Positions 29,262 to 39,400 are shown, counted from the first letter of the stretch. The stretch is 64,000 nucleotides of DNA from an uncultured Alphaproteobacteria bacterium (GCA_963708775.1 CAVPTI010000021.1:18251-82250); one strand, 5' to 3'. Made by a program: numbers and translations. The notes: a model not told the origin generated them from the sequence alone.

Positions 29262-30832
29262 CTATTCCACAATGAACCCGAAATCGCCTTTAAGAGCTTC
29301 CAGGTTTGACGGCGCTCCCGCGCGCCCATAGATGCGATTGATGTGCCCTAGAAAATTTGCGCGCGCATCGGATTCCGGAGCCAGTCCGTCAGTCGGTGCA
29401 GATAACTCGTGTCTTGCTGCCGGCTTGACCAAGTAAGGCGTGATAATGACCACTAATTCGGTTTCAGATTTCACGAAATCACGGCTTCGGAACAAGGTAC
29501 CCAAGACTGGTACGTCCTTGAGTCCTGGAAAGCCGTCGATATTCTGCTTCACAGATTCTGAAATTAATCCGGCGAGGGCAAGCGAACCCCCTGAGGGCAG
29601 TTCGACAGTCGAAATGGCCTCCCGCTTTTTCAGCGCGGACACCGAAACGGAATTGAGGGTAACGGCACCTTCGCTCGTGAGTTCAGAAACTTCTGTCTCG
29701 ATTTTAAGGCTGATGCGACCTTCCGACATCACAGTCGGCGTGAATGCCAGTCCCACGCCGTATTCTTTGAACGTGACGGACGTGTTGCCATCAGAATCGA
29801 CGGTCGTAATCGGGAACTCGCCGCCAGCCAGAAACTTCGCCGATTCTCCTGAAACAGCCGTCAGATTGGGTTCCGCCAGCGTGCGCACCAGACCCTGTCG
29901 CTCCATGGCCTTCAGTGCGGACGTCAGTTTGTTGCCGCCTGATGACCATGATGTGGTCGCACCGGAATTGGTCGCGCCGCTCATGCCTAAAATCCCCGTT
30001 GTGGCGTCGACCGAAGCGATCGGCAGCGTCCCTAATCCCTGGGCTGCGGTGAGAGGCAGAGCATTTTCGGTCAGAATTGTCGTTGATAGATTGCCGGCCG
30101 TGATTGTAGCGCCCAAATTGACCCCAAATTGCTTCAATGCGGATCTTTGAACTTCTGCGACCAGTACCCGAAGCATCACTTGTTCTTCGCCATCGACTGT
30201 AATCATGCTGATGACCTGTGACTTGGGGGATCTTTTTCGCCGGGTGCGGCGATATACCGGGCCGCAACATCTCGTGCCAAGTTAGCGGCGATGGGTGAGG
30301 GGACATGCCCGCTTAGAAGGACCGTGTCGTTCATGATTTTGACCTTGATCTGCGAGTCTGGAATGACGTCGCGCAAGATCTCATCTAATTCCGATGGATC
30401 GCGGTCGATTGACACTTCAAGCGTCAAAATCATCTGCCCAGTGCTGTCGAAAAACATGGCGTTAGCCTGACCCACTTTGTCCTTTCCCAGCAAATAGACC
30501 GTCTGCGATGACTGGAGGGTGACATCGAGCAGTTCTGGTGCGGACACCATCACATCGCGGAGTTCACGCTCGAACTGGATGAGCACCGCTTTGTTGCGGC
30601 CAATTCTCAGGCGGCGGGAGCCACCGACATCGTTCTCCTCGACGCGCAATGTAGATGTCGGCACGGCCACAGCATTGAGTGCCACCGTATCGCCGGCGCT
30701 CGCATCAAGTGGCGCCAAACTGAGAAGCAGGACGCCGGTGCTGGCCATTCGTGCAATAGTTGATTTCGGCGTCAGTCTGGCCCTATTCGCAAACATCAGC
30801 GTCTCCAGCGTCGCAATAGTTGCGCAATTCAT
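29262..30832 (-). pseudogene. cpaC: CpaC/RcpA-type secretin (Tad/Flp pilus family), frame broken at a G5/C5 run
   Basis: ORF 30203-30832 is the signal plus N-terminal BON-like region (RLRIGRNKAVLIQFE...). ORF 29262-30206 is the secretin core (LAEPNLTAVSGESAKFLAGGEFPI...GFPGLKDVPVLGTLFRSRDF...ELVVIITPYLVKP). Reading through the run at 30225-30229 gives a continuous ...GEKDPPKSQVISMITVDGEEQVML. Confidence 0.8.
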
Positions 30833-30988
30833 ATGCTGCGTCGCGATGGGCTGTGTTCCGTCGAAATATCGAAATGTAACCGCGTGTAACAGAAGCGGTC
30901 GATTTTGCTCGATGATGGCTGTTCTTAATTCACTTAGTGGCCGCGCTTTGCTTCCGATTTAGGAAGCAGGGGCGGGTGTCGGTCCGCG

Positions 30989-32530
30989 CTAAGGAAAAGG
31001 CTTGCAGCCTATAGAACCTTGCACGATGCGCTCATAGGCCTGCGCCACGTGAGGATAGTCGCGGTCGATCATGAATGCTGGAGATAATCTGAAGCCCCGG
31101 CTTTGGCCGATTGCGTAGGCGACGAGTTTGATGAAGCGGTCTTGATCGAAGTAGGATGTATGGATGAGTTCCTTCCAGGTCAGATAATCCGCCAGGACAT
31201 CGGCCGTCGTCTGCTTCGTATCGGCCTCCGTTAGATTTTCAACAATGTTACGGAACTTTGGGATCACCTCGCTAATGGCGCGGTCGCTAGCCTGCTCGAG
31301 ATCGGCTGCGATCCACTCGGGTAGGGGAGGATATCCGCGGGAAAGCCAGATCGGCCATTCGGCGGCGTCGACAGCCAGGGCTTCCTGCATGTCGCTGCCG
31401 TAGGCCACGGCCTTGAGCTGGGAGACCGTGAGCGGATTGAGAGCAAGGCTGAGCCCGTGGCTCACGATGCGTGCGGCTTTGTTGAAGATCCAGGTCAGGC
31501 AGACGGCGGTCCCGATTAGCAGAACAAGACTGACCACGAGCAGCCCGAGGGTCTCGAGATCCGACAGCTTCCCGAAGGCCGTGGGCGGGATGAACAGACT
31601 TGCCGGCACGACGATAAGCCAGAGCAGGACAACGGCGGAATTCTCGAAAATGTCGTGTCCACCTGCCGTGTAAATGTCGTCGGCAGTTAGCGCGTCGAAG
31701 CGCAAGAAGAGCTGTTCCGAAAGGTTATCCATGATTGGCTCGGACGTGAGTAGCAAGAGGCAGACGATCGGGATAATTGCGATTGCCAGGAGATTGAGGG
31801 CAGCCGCGGCGAAGTCACGGGAGAACACTTCGACATCAAGCTTCTTGACGGCCTTCAAGCTTTGAACCGCCTCGTCCTTGGCATGCCACAGGGACAGCCA
31901 CCTTTGGCCAAAGGTCTCCGCGGCAACGCCGGACGTGTTCGAGGCACGACTGAAGCCATTACGGAACTGACGGAAGGCCATTGCCGCGTAGAATGCAGCC
32001 ATGGGACCAAAGGCGCAGAGCACGGCAATCACCCATTCAGGCCACTCGCGTTTGTCGGCCCCAACGAAAACTGCCAGTCCGACGAGCACCATGAAGGTCA
32101 AGAGGGTGAGATAGATCGCCTTGCCAAAAATGCCGAGGCGCGAGAACAGAAGGCGGTGTCGCTCCGTCTTGATGAATGGCGTGCCCACCGTGATCCAGCG
32201 CTGCAGGTTGCTCAGTGTGTTGCCAGCGCGTGCGCTCTCAAGCAACGCTGCGCTGACGACTGAGCCGCCGTGGCTGTGGCCGATGATGGCGTAAGGTTCG
32301 CCACGGCCTTCAAGCGCGGCCAGCTTAGCGGCAAGCTCTTGGCCAGCGGCACGGCGCGACGCTTCACTGTTGAGGCCATTCCATACGAACGGGGCGAGAG
32401 TAACGGAGCCGCCGTCAGCCTGCAGCAACATAGCAAGGCGCATCGTAAATGGGCTGCCATATTGCCACCAGGCACGCCCTTCGAGCGGCCCCGTCGCGAA
32501 TGTCCCATGTACGGTAATGAGTGTCGCCAC
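30989..32530 (-). CDS. Membrane-embedded alpha/beta-hydrolase-like protein (GHSHG nucleophile elbow)
   Basis: 513-aa ORF. The N-terminal ~130 aa have a lipase/esterase-like layout (ITVHGTF...FVWNGLNS...YAIIGHSHGGSV...ITVGTPF). At least 5 hydrophobic helices follow, then a ~140-aa soluble C-terminal region. I do not recognise a family. Confidence 0.55.
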   Translation of the reverse strand: MATLITVHGTFATGPLEGRAWWQYGSPFTMRLAMLLQADGGSVTLAPFVWNGLNSEASRRAAGQELAAKLAALEGRGEPYAIIGHSHGGSVVSAALLESARAGNTLSNLQRWITVGTPFIKTERHRLLFSRLGIFGKAIYLTLLTFMVLVGLAVFVGADKREWPEWVIAVLCAFGPMAAFYAAMAFRQFRNGFSRASNTSGVAAETFGQRWLSLWHAKDEAVQSLKAVKKLDVEVFSRDFAAAALNLLAIAIIPIVCLLLLTSEPIMDNLSEQLFLRFDALTADDIYTAGGHDIFENSAVVLLWLIVVPASLFIPPTAFGKLSDLETLGLLVVSLVLLIGTAVCLTWIFNKAARIVSHGLSLALNPLTVSQLKAVAYGSDMQEALAVDAAEWPIWLSRGYPPLPEWIAADLEQASDRAISEVIPKFRNIVENLTEADTKQTTADVLADYLTWKELIHTSYFDQDRFIKLVAYAIGQSRGFRLSPAFMIDRDYPHVAQAYERIVQGSIGCKPFP

Positions 32531-32681
32531 GCTGTCCCCCTATGGCGCTGCGGCCGCCAACTTTCGACGAATTGGTGCGCTTAGCAAGGCTTCGCACTCA
32601 AGACAGCGCCCGAAATTCCCCGCTGCGATTTGATCATAAAGGCCAGTTCCGAGCTGGCCAGGGCGACCGATGCCGGGATCT

Positions 32682-33692
32682 CTAAGGCTTGGGAAGCAGC
32701 ATAAAGATGTAAGCGACATAGCCCAACAGTAGGGCGGCGCCTTCGATGCGGGTGATCCGGTTGCCGCGCCAAGCGAACGCGAACATCGCGACGCTGGCAG
32801 CGACCATGACCAGGTTATCGAAGCTTACGATCTCGCGCGGGACGGGAGTTGGCTGGATCAGACCGGTCACGCCACCAATGCCGAGGATGTTATAGATGTT
32901 CGAACCCATGATGTTTCCGAGTGCGACATCGCCGTGCTTGCGTATCGCAGCCACGACCGACGTGACGAACTCGGGCATTGAGGTTCCGATGGCAACGATC
33001 GTGAGGCCGATGACCGTTTCCGTCATGCCGTAGGCGCGGGCTATTCCGATGGCGCCGTCGACGAGGAGCTTGCCGCCGAGTACAACAATTGCGAGGCCGC
33101 CGAGTGCCATCAGGAGCGGAATCACAACACCGGTCTTGTCAGCGCTCGTCTCGGCATCGCTCCCGCGGCCGATCATGGGGTCATGTAGCTCGCCGAAGGC
33201 CTCGGCCTTTTCGAATGCCGACGTGTGGCCACCCACTGCAACTGCTGGCATCTTCTCTTGGCGATAGGCGTAGACCAGATAGGCAGCGAGCAAAGTGACG
33301 AATATCGAGCCTGTGATGCGGTCGAGGTTGCCGAAATAGGAGACGATAGAGAAGAGCAGTGCGCTAGCGACGACAACCACACCGTCGCGGCGCAACGCCG
33401 TGGATTGCACGGCCATTGGCGTAATGAGTGCCGAGAGGCCGAGGATGAGCAAAATATTGGAGATGCTTGAGCCGACGATGTTGCCAATTGCTATGCCAGG
33501 AGAGCCAGCAAGCGCCGCCTGCACGCTGGTCACGAGCTCCGGTGCCGACGTTCCAAGGCCGACAAGTGTCAAGCCGATCAGAAGCGGTGACATCCCGATC
33601 TTTTCGGCAACGGCGACTGCTCCTCGCACAAGCAACTCGCCACCGATGACCAGCAACACGAACCCGCCAAGCAATAGACCGGCATCCCCCAT
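32682..33692 (-). CDS. Ca2+/Na+ (cation) antiporter, CaCA/YrbG family
   Basis: 336-aa polytopic ORF with the two alpha-repeat signatures GLGTSAPELVTS and AIGTSMPEFVTS, plus GNIVGS/GNIMGSNIYNILG. Confidence 0.85.
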   Translation of the reverse strand: MGDAGLLLGGFVLLVIGGELLVRGAVAVAEKIGMSPLLIGLTLVGLGTSAPELVTSVQAALAGSPGIAIGNIVGSSISNILLILGLSALITPMAVQSTALRRDGVVVVASALLFSIVSYFGNLDRITGSIFVTLLAAYLVYAYRQEKMPAVAVGGHTSAFEKAEAFGELHDPMIGRGSDAETSADKTGVVIPLLMALGGLAIVVLGGKLLVDGAIGIARAYGMTETVIGLTIVAIGTSMPEFVTSVVAAIRKHGDVALGNIMGSNIYNILGIGGVTGLIQPTPVPREIVSFDNLVMVAASVAMFAFAWRGNRITRIEGAALLLGYVAYIFMLLPKP

Positions 33693-33794
33693 GTCCGTCC
33701 CCCATGAATGGCCCCACCATATTCATTGACGACAACAATTGCCAGCGCTCGGTCTCTAAATAACGAACGGGGACAACTGGATTTATCACTCTGA

Positions 33795-34064
33795 AGTTTT
33801 TTTCGAATGACCTGTAGCAGGCGCATATCCGCGAACCGCCAATGCGACGTGCATCCGGAAATCTTGACGACTTACGTCGAGGGCGCTCTGGCGCTCGAGG
33901 TAAAAAAACAGGTCGAAAGGGAATTGCGCGAGGATATCGCAACTCTACGACCGGAAGAGGTGGCCGTGCTGACGCTCTTGCGATCTCGGCTCAATCTCAG
34001 TCTTACGGATAAGCTCAAGAATAGCGTTGAAGAGCTGTCCGGGAAGTCTTCGCAAGCAGGCTAG
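33795..34064 (+). pseudogene. 3'-terminal remnant of a type IB DNA topoisomerase gene
   Basis: The frame opens only at 33795. ...NRQCDVHPEILTTYVEGALALEVKKQVERELREDIATLRPEEVAVLTLLRSRL matches the C-terminal ...CRKCYIHPEIL...LKPEE..VL..L segment I recall for bacterial TopIB. The active-site Tyr position reads Asp, and the ~270 upstream codons are absent. Confidence 0.45.
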
Positions 34065-34594
34065 GCTCGATCGAGTGCGTTTAGAACATCCTCGGGTCTT
34101 ACATCCTTTTTGAGATCTTTGAGGTCGCTGCGCTTTGCCGTTTCCGACCCCAGTCGATCTCCAATCTCGCTGACCATTTGCACGAGCCGGGTGATCTCAT
34201 GTTCCGATAGAAGATTGATTTGAAGGGCCAGATCGGCTCGCCTGTCGGCTTGCGCCTGCATCCGGTTTTGAGTGATGAGGATGAACGTCGATAGAAAGAT
34301 CGCCTCGACGGAAGCAGCCATGGCCAAGATGACGAGGCTGGGGTCGAAATGAGGTAAGCCGGGCACGAGATTGGTTGCGATCCAAAGACCGAAGACGATG
34401 GCGTGAACCCAAACGAATGTCATCGTTCCGGCCAGTGCGGTGATGGCCGCAGCCAAGCGTTCCTGCCATCCGAGCTGCTTGTCTTCTTCGGCGCGATGGG
34501 CAAGCAAAGCATCGATGTTGCGATCGACGATGTGCGTCGTCGACGAAACAGGAGGCGCTTTTTTGAGGTCCGATTGCGAGAGCATGCCACTCAA
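34061..34594 (-). CDS. DUF1003-family membrane protein
   Basis: 177-aa ORF with two TM helices followed by FLSTFILITQNRMQAQADRRADLALQINLLSEHEI, the DUF1003 hallmark (xxQNRxxxxDRxxA...NLxxE). Confidence 0.7.
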   Translation of the reverse strand: MSGMLSQSDLKKAPPVSSTTHIVDRNIDALLAHRAEEDKQLGWQERLAAAITALAGTMTFVWVHAIVFGLWIATNLVPGLPHFDPSLVILAMAASVEAIFLSTFILITQNRMQAQADRRADLALQINLLSEHEITRLVQMVSEIGDRLGSETAKRSDLKDLKKDVRPEDVLNALDRA

Positions 34595-34737
34595 TTTTCG
34601 ATGTTTTCAGGGTGGCTCTTTACAGCCGACATAACCCTATTTAATGCCTCGTCCACCGGTTGGTTCCTGTTGCGCGGTTTGACGATCGGGAGCGCGGCAC
34701 GCGAAGCTGGCGCTTTTGAGCCAGATGCGGTTGACTG

Positions 34738-36717
34738 ATGGAATCCATTTGGGGAGCCACCATGTTCGTTCAGCAATGGGTCTCGGGTCGGTTTGCTCTA
34801 TGTGTCATTGCGGTTGCGACACTGAGTGTCGGGGGCGCTGGCCATCCCGCTCAGGCGGCGAAGGACCAGCCGACGCTCGCAGCGGGCGAGTGCGCTGCCA
34901 TCGAGGGCTTTGCCGTTCTCGCCACACCGTCGGCACCTTGGAAGGGCGCGCCTCTGCGTGTGATCGTCGTGGCGGAAGAGGCGATCGAGGGCGATCTTGA
35001 GCTACATGCGCCAGATGGTGCGGTCGCGGCGAGGGCGCCGGGCCGCCGTGGTGGGCCGCCGTACTTCTGGTTGGCGGATGTCGCGGAGCCGATTGCCGGA
35101 GCCTGGCAAGCAAAACTAAACCTCGCGGTGGAGAAGGCGAATTGCAAGGCCCTCGTGCACTCTGTCACCGTTCGGCGCGCGGCGGCCGGTGGGCCGGGCG
35201 CTTCGGCAAAAAGTGTCTGGCCGATACGGGCGGCATGGAACCGGGAGACGGAGAACCTCTACTCCGCATGGATTGAAGCGCTGTTCGATGCGCCGATCGA
35301 TGCGTCACCGTCTTGGGCGGCCCTGCACGAAGTTTTGCGCGATCCAGCGCGTAACGTCCTGTTCAACCATTTGGGTGTGGGCGAAGACGAACGGGGGCTC
35401 GTGATCAAGCCCGACTGTGCCGACCTGCCATACTTTCTGCGCGGTTACTTCGCTTTCAAGCTCGGCTTGCCGTTTGGCTATTCGAAGTGTACGCGCGGGA
35501 GCAAGGGGAAGCCGCCTGCGTGTGTAAGCTGGTGGACAATCGAGAACCTTGAGCCGCCACCCAAATCCGAAGACGCGCCCGCTCAGACGGGGGTATTCGA
35601 TGGGTTGTTCGGCAGCACTCCAGAAAAGCCCAAAGCGAAACCGCCCGGTTTGGTACCGGGGTTCGGCACCTATCTCTCCGAGACGGTGGCGAATGCGGTG
35701 CATTCGGGATCAGGTCGTCCGCCGGCGTCAGCAGACAATACGGACTACTATTCCGTGCCGTTGACGGAAGCGGCGCTGAGGCCGGGAACTGTCTATCACG
35801 ATCCATATGGGCACATCCTCGTCGTGGTGCGGCGGGTCCCGCAGACAACCGATGCAGCCGGTTTGATCCTTGCGGTCGACGGGCAGCCGGATGGAACGGT
35901 TGCGCGCAAGCGTTTTTGGCGTGGCAATTTTCTCTTCGCACAGAATCCGGCGCTGGGCAGTCCGGGGTTCAAACGGTTCCGGCCGATCGTTCGGGGGAAG
36001 TCGGGATTGCGGCGGCTGACCAATGCGGAAATCGCGAAGTCGGCCGATTACGGAGACTTCTCGCTCGAGCAGACGAAACTTGGCGTCGAGGATTTCTACG
36101 ACCGGATGGATGATGTGATGTCGCCGGCGCCGCTTGATCCGGTGCGCGCGATGACGGAGGTGATCACGGCGCTGGACGAGCAAGTGAAGGCGCGGGTGAC
36201 GTCAGTCGAGAACGGACGCAAGTATCATGCAAAGGGCGGTGGCGAAGTTGCGATGCCGAGTGGGCCATCGATCTTCGAGACGACGGGGGCTTGGGAGGAT
36301 TTCGCGACGCCCTCGCGCGATCTTCGGCTGCTGATTGCGATCGACGTGGTGCGCGGATTTCCCGACCGGGTGGCGCGACGCCCGGAGCGATACGCGATGC
36401 CGGCGGGCAAGACAGCCGCGGATGTGAAAGCGGAATTGGACCGGACGCTCGCCGGCGAACTGGCTTCGCGCAAGTTCAGCTACACGCGCAGCGACGGTTC
36501 GGAGTGGACGCTGGCTCTTTCAGATGTTGTTGCGCGTGCCCCGGAGTTGGAGTTGGCTTACAATATCAATGATTGCGTCGAGTTGCGCTGGGGTGCACCG
36601 GAAGGAAGTACCGAAGCACAAACGTGTCAACGCCGCGCTCCGGAAGCGCAACGATCGAAGATGGCGTCGGACTACCGTCCGTGGTTCAGCGAAAGGCGGC
36701 GCCCTCCAAGAGGCTGA
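34738..36717 (+). CDS. Large exported hypothetical protein (659 aa)
   Basis: Signal FALCVIAVATLSVGGAGHPAQA (likely start ATG 34762). The single long frame has uniform protein-like composition. No family recognised. See the finding on possible Cys/His motifs. Confidence 0.6.
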   Translation: MESIWGATMFVQQWVSGRFALCVIAVATLSVGGAGHPAQAAKDQPTLAAGECAAIEGFAVLATPSAPWKGAPLRVIVVAEEAIEGDLELHAPDGAVAARAPGRRGGPPYFWLADVAEPIAGAWQAKLNLAVEKANCKALVHSVTVRRAAAGGPGASAKSVWPIRAAWNRETENLYSAWIEALFDAPIDASPSWAALHEVLRDPARNVLFNHLGVGEDERGLVIKPDCADLPYFLRGYFAFKLGLPFGYSKCTRGSKGKPPACVSWWTIENLEPPPKSEDAPAQTGVFDGLFGSTPEKPKAKPPGLVPGFGTYLSETVANAVHSGSGRPPASADNTDYYSVPLTEAALRPGTVYHDPYGHILVVVRRVPQTTDAAGLILAVDGQPDGTVARKRFWRGNFLFAQNPALGSPGFKRFRPIVRGKSGLRRLTNAEIAKSADYGDFSLEQTKLGVEDFYDRMDDVMSPAPLDPVRAMTEVITALDEQVKARVTSVENGRKYHAKGGGEVAMPSGPSIFETTGAWEDFATPSRDLRLLIAIDVVRGFPDRVARRPERYAMPAGKTAADVKAELDRTLAGELASRKFSYTRSDGSEWTLALSDVVARAPELELAYNINDCVELRWGAPEGSTEAQTCQRRAPEAQRSKMASDYRPWFSERRRPPRG

Positions 36718-36726
36718 TTAAAACCA

Positions 36727-38064
36727 TCAACTCGCCAGTCGCTCACCGACTGTATCATCGGATGGCAACTCAGCTGAATATCGCGCTTCGCAGGTGCGTT
36801 CTCTTTGTTCAAGCATGGCTTCCGTCTCCGCGATGTAATCGCGTGTGATGGGGAGAGCCGCAAGGTGTTTGGCAAGTTGGATTTGGAACACGACGAGATT
36901 GCCAAACCGGAAGGCGCTCTCGCAGCATGCAAGATAGAACTCCCACATACGGCAGAAGCGTTCGTCATAGAGCGTGCGGGCGACATCGCGTTTTTCAAGA
37001 AAGCGTTCGCGCCAAGCCTTAAGCGTTTCGGCATAGTGGATGCGCAAAATCTCGATGTCGGTTACGATCAGGCCTGCGCGTTCTATGGCCGGCATAATGT
37101 CGGAGAGTGCGGGAACATAACCGCCGGGGAAGATGTATTTTGCCATCCAGGGATTGGTAGGACCCGGCTTGTCGGTCCGGCCAATCGTATGCAGGAGCAT
37201 GACGCCGTCGTGTTCGAGGCGTTCGGCGGCGGTTTTAAAGTAGGTGCCGTAATATGGCAGACCGACGTGTTCGAACATGCCAACGGATACGATGCGGTCG
37301 AACCGGCCGGTGACATCGCGGTAATCCTGCAGGCGGAAGCTGACGTTCGTCGACGCTCCGGCTCGTTCACCCGCAATTTTCAATTGCTCTTGCGATAGCG
37401 TGACGCCGATGATGCGCGCGTTGCAAAATTGTTCCAGATAAAGCGCCAGTCCGCCCCAGCCGGAGCCAATATCGAGAACCCGGCTTGCGGGTTTCAGCCA
37501 AAGTTTCGCTGCGATATGGCGCTTTTTTGCCTGCTGCGCCGCTTCGAGACTCTGATTGGGATATTCGAAATAGGCGCAGGAATATTGCCAGTCAGCATCA
37601 AGGAAGAGGCTGTAGAGTCGGCGGTCAAGATCATAGTGGCAGGCGACATTTCTCTTGGCTCGCCGCAGGCCGTTGACCTGGCTCAGATAGCGCGTGGCGT
37701 GTCGTATTGCGGCCCATGCCTTGGCTGGACCTGGCGGTTCCGCTTTTCCCAGATTGAGCCATGCGAGAGCCAGAAGGTCGTAGATGGATCCCTGCTCGAC
37801 GGTCAGCCGCCCGTCCATGTAGAGATCCCTCAGGGCCGACGACGGATCCGTCATGAGTTGGACCGCCGCGCGTCGGTCATGAAGTCGAATGCAAATGGGA
37901 TTGCCGGTGCCATCGCCGACTTGAAAGCTGCCACCGATGGTTTTGACAGTCACAGTCCCGGTATGAATGACACGTTTGAAAAACGCACGGAGCACCATGG
38001 TCATTGGCGCCTCCTCTAGCCTCGAGAGCAGCCGATAAACGCGGGCGCTGTCGATTTGTTGCAA
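36727..38064 (-). CDS. cfa: Cyclopropane-fatty-acyl-phospholipid synthase
   Basis: HYDLDRRLYSLFLD, SAM motif VLDIGSGWGGLALYL, SVGMFEHVG, GGYVPALSDI and HYAETLKAWRERF are the standard Cfa blocks. Confidence 0.85.
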   Translation of the reverse strand: MQQIDSARVYRLLSRLEEAPMTMVLRAFFKRVIHTGTVTVKTIGGSFQVGDGTGNPICIRLHDRRAAVQLMTDPSSALRDLYMDGRLTVEQGSIYDLLALAWLNLGKAEPPGPAKAWAAIRHATRYLSQVNGLRRAKRNVACHYDLDRRLYSLFLDADWQYSCAYFEYPNQSLEAAQQAKKRHIAAKLWLKPASRVLDIGSGWGGLALYLEQFCNARIIGVTLSQEQLKIAGERAGASTNVSFRLQDYRDVTGRFDRIVSVGMFEHVGLPYYGTYFKTAAERLEHDGVMLLHTIGRTDKPGPTNPWMAKYIFPGGYVPALSDIMPAIERAGLIVTDIEILRIHYAETLKAWRERFLEKRDVARTLYDERFCRMWEFYLACCESAFRFGNLVVFQIQLAKHLAALPITRDYIAETEAMLEQRERTCEARYSAELPSDDTVGERLAS

Positions 38065-38184
38065 TAATGTGCGAGGCTATGCTCAGCCGGTGTGAAACCA
38101 TATTTCCATATTCAGCACGCGACATGCTTTTGCATTGGTTAATCACACTGTATCCGTTGTTTCCGGCATTCCTGCGGGAGGGTA

Positions 38185-38616
38185 TTGATCTTGATGTTTA
38201 TGAGTTGCGACGCGCCGTCCAACGGCGCGCAGCAGGGTGCCGTGCCCCGTGGCCATCGCGACCTGCGCGGGAAAATTGTCCTGGTGGTGGAGGACGAATT
38301 CATGATTGCCATGGATTACGCAATGTACCTTGAAGCCATGGGCGCCACGGTCATTGGACCGGTATCGAGCGTGCCGCAGGCTTTGGCTATGTTGCGTGAG
38401 CAGCGGATCGACGCGGCGGTGCTCGACATCGATTTGCAAGGAACCAAAGCATTCATGGTGGCGGACGCACTCATGGAGCGCCGCATCGGCTTTGTTTTCG
38501 CGTCGGGATACGACGACATCATGATCCCTGAGCGTTTTTCGGGGGTCATTCGGTGCGGAAAGCCAGCAAAGGCTGCCGACGTGGCCGATGCGTTGGGTCG
38601 CGTTTGTGCCGAATGA
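38185..38616 (+). CDS. Single-domain response regulator (receiver only)
   Basis: KIVLVVEDEFMIAMD...IDAAVLDIDLQG...FVFASGY...CGKP follows the receiver acidic pocket/Asp/Ser-Thr/Lys pattern. The start within the first ~15 codons is uncertain. Confidence 0.75.
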   Translation: MILMFMSCDAPSNGAQQGAVPRGHRDLRGKIVLVVEDEFMIAMDYAMYLEAMGATVIGPVSSVPQALAMLREQRIDAAVLDIDLQGTKAFMVADALMERRIGFVFASGYDDIMIPERFSGVIRCGKPAKAADVADALGRVCAE

Positions 38617-38758
38617 GGGCAGGGGGGACCCGTAGGCGCGCAGGATCATCAATTCGAGGGCTAATGCAGTCGAGCGGGGATTGAGCCGCGACGGCCTTGC
38701 ATCTCAGGGGAAATGCCGCCGTATAAGGGTGAAAGACACCACCCATCGGGACACAGGC

Positions 38759-39400
38759 ATGGCCAACACCAATTCCCATACGACGGACGAGGCGACGCGG
38801 GTCCGCGCGATGCCCGGGTTCTACAACAATCTCGATGGATCTTTGGCGCATGCTTGGGCGATGATCGGGCGCGGGGTGGCCGACCGGCGCAGCGCGTTCC
38901 ACACGCCCGTGGTGGCAACGGTTGACGAAACGGGAGCCCCTAGCCAGCGGGTCATGGTCTTGCGCGCAGCTGATGGTGCGGCGCGGACATTGCGGTTGCA
39001 CACGGACCTGCGTTCGGAAAAGTTGATGCACATTGGGGAGCAGCCGCGCGTGTCGCTGGCGTTTTACGATGCGAGTGCGAAGCTGCAATTGAGGCTGGGC
39101 GCGCAGGCCCACATTCATGTCCAGGACGGCGTCGCGGACCAAGCCTGGCTTAATTCGCGGCCGCAAAGCCGGCTCTGCTATGAGCAAGCCGTCGCGCCCG
39201 GGGCGCCGGTGGCGGCTCCCTTGCCGGAGCTCCCCGCTAACGCGCGCGTTGCATTAGCAGATGATGGCAGACCGAACTTCGCTGTACTGATCATGGTCGT
39301 AGACACCATCGAATGGCTGTACCTTGCGGTCGAAGGACATCGCCGGGCGCGGTGGCTCTGGAAGGACGAGCGGTGGCAGGGAACGTGGCTCGCACCGTAA
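38759..39400 (+). CDS. Pyridoxamine 5'-phosphate oxidase-family FMN-binding protein
   Basis: From MANTNS...: AFHTPVVATVDETGAPSQRVMVLR...LRLHTDLRSEKLMHI...RVSLAFYD is the split-barrel PNPOx-like pattern. Confidence 0.7.
   Translation: MANTNSHTTDEATRVRAMPGFYNNLDGSLAHAWAMIGRGVADRRSAFHTPVVATVDETGAPSQRVMVLRAADGAARTLRLHTDLRSEKLMHIGEQPRVSLAFYDASAKLQLRLGAQAHIHVQDGVADQAWLNSRPQSRLCYEQAVAPGAPVAAPLPELPANARVALADDGRPNFAVLIMVVDTIEWLYLAVEGHRRARWLWKDERWQGTWLAP

Noticed and set aside
29262-30832. A Tad/Flp pilus locus.
   Set aside because: Only the secretin is present. No pilin, CpaA/B/D/E/F or TadB/C genes occur anywhere in the window.
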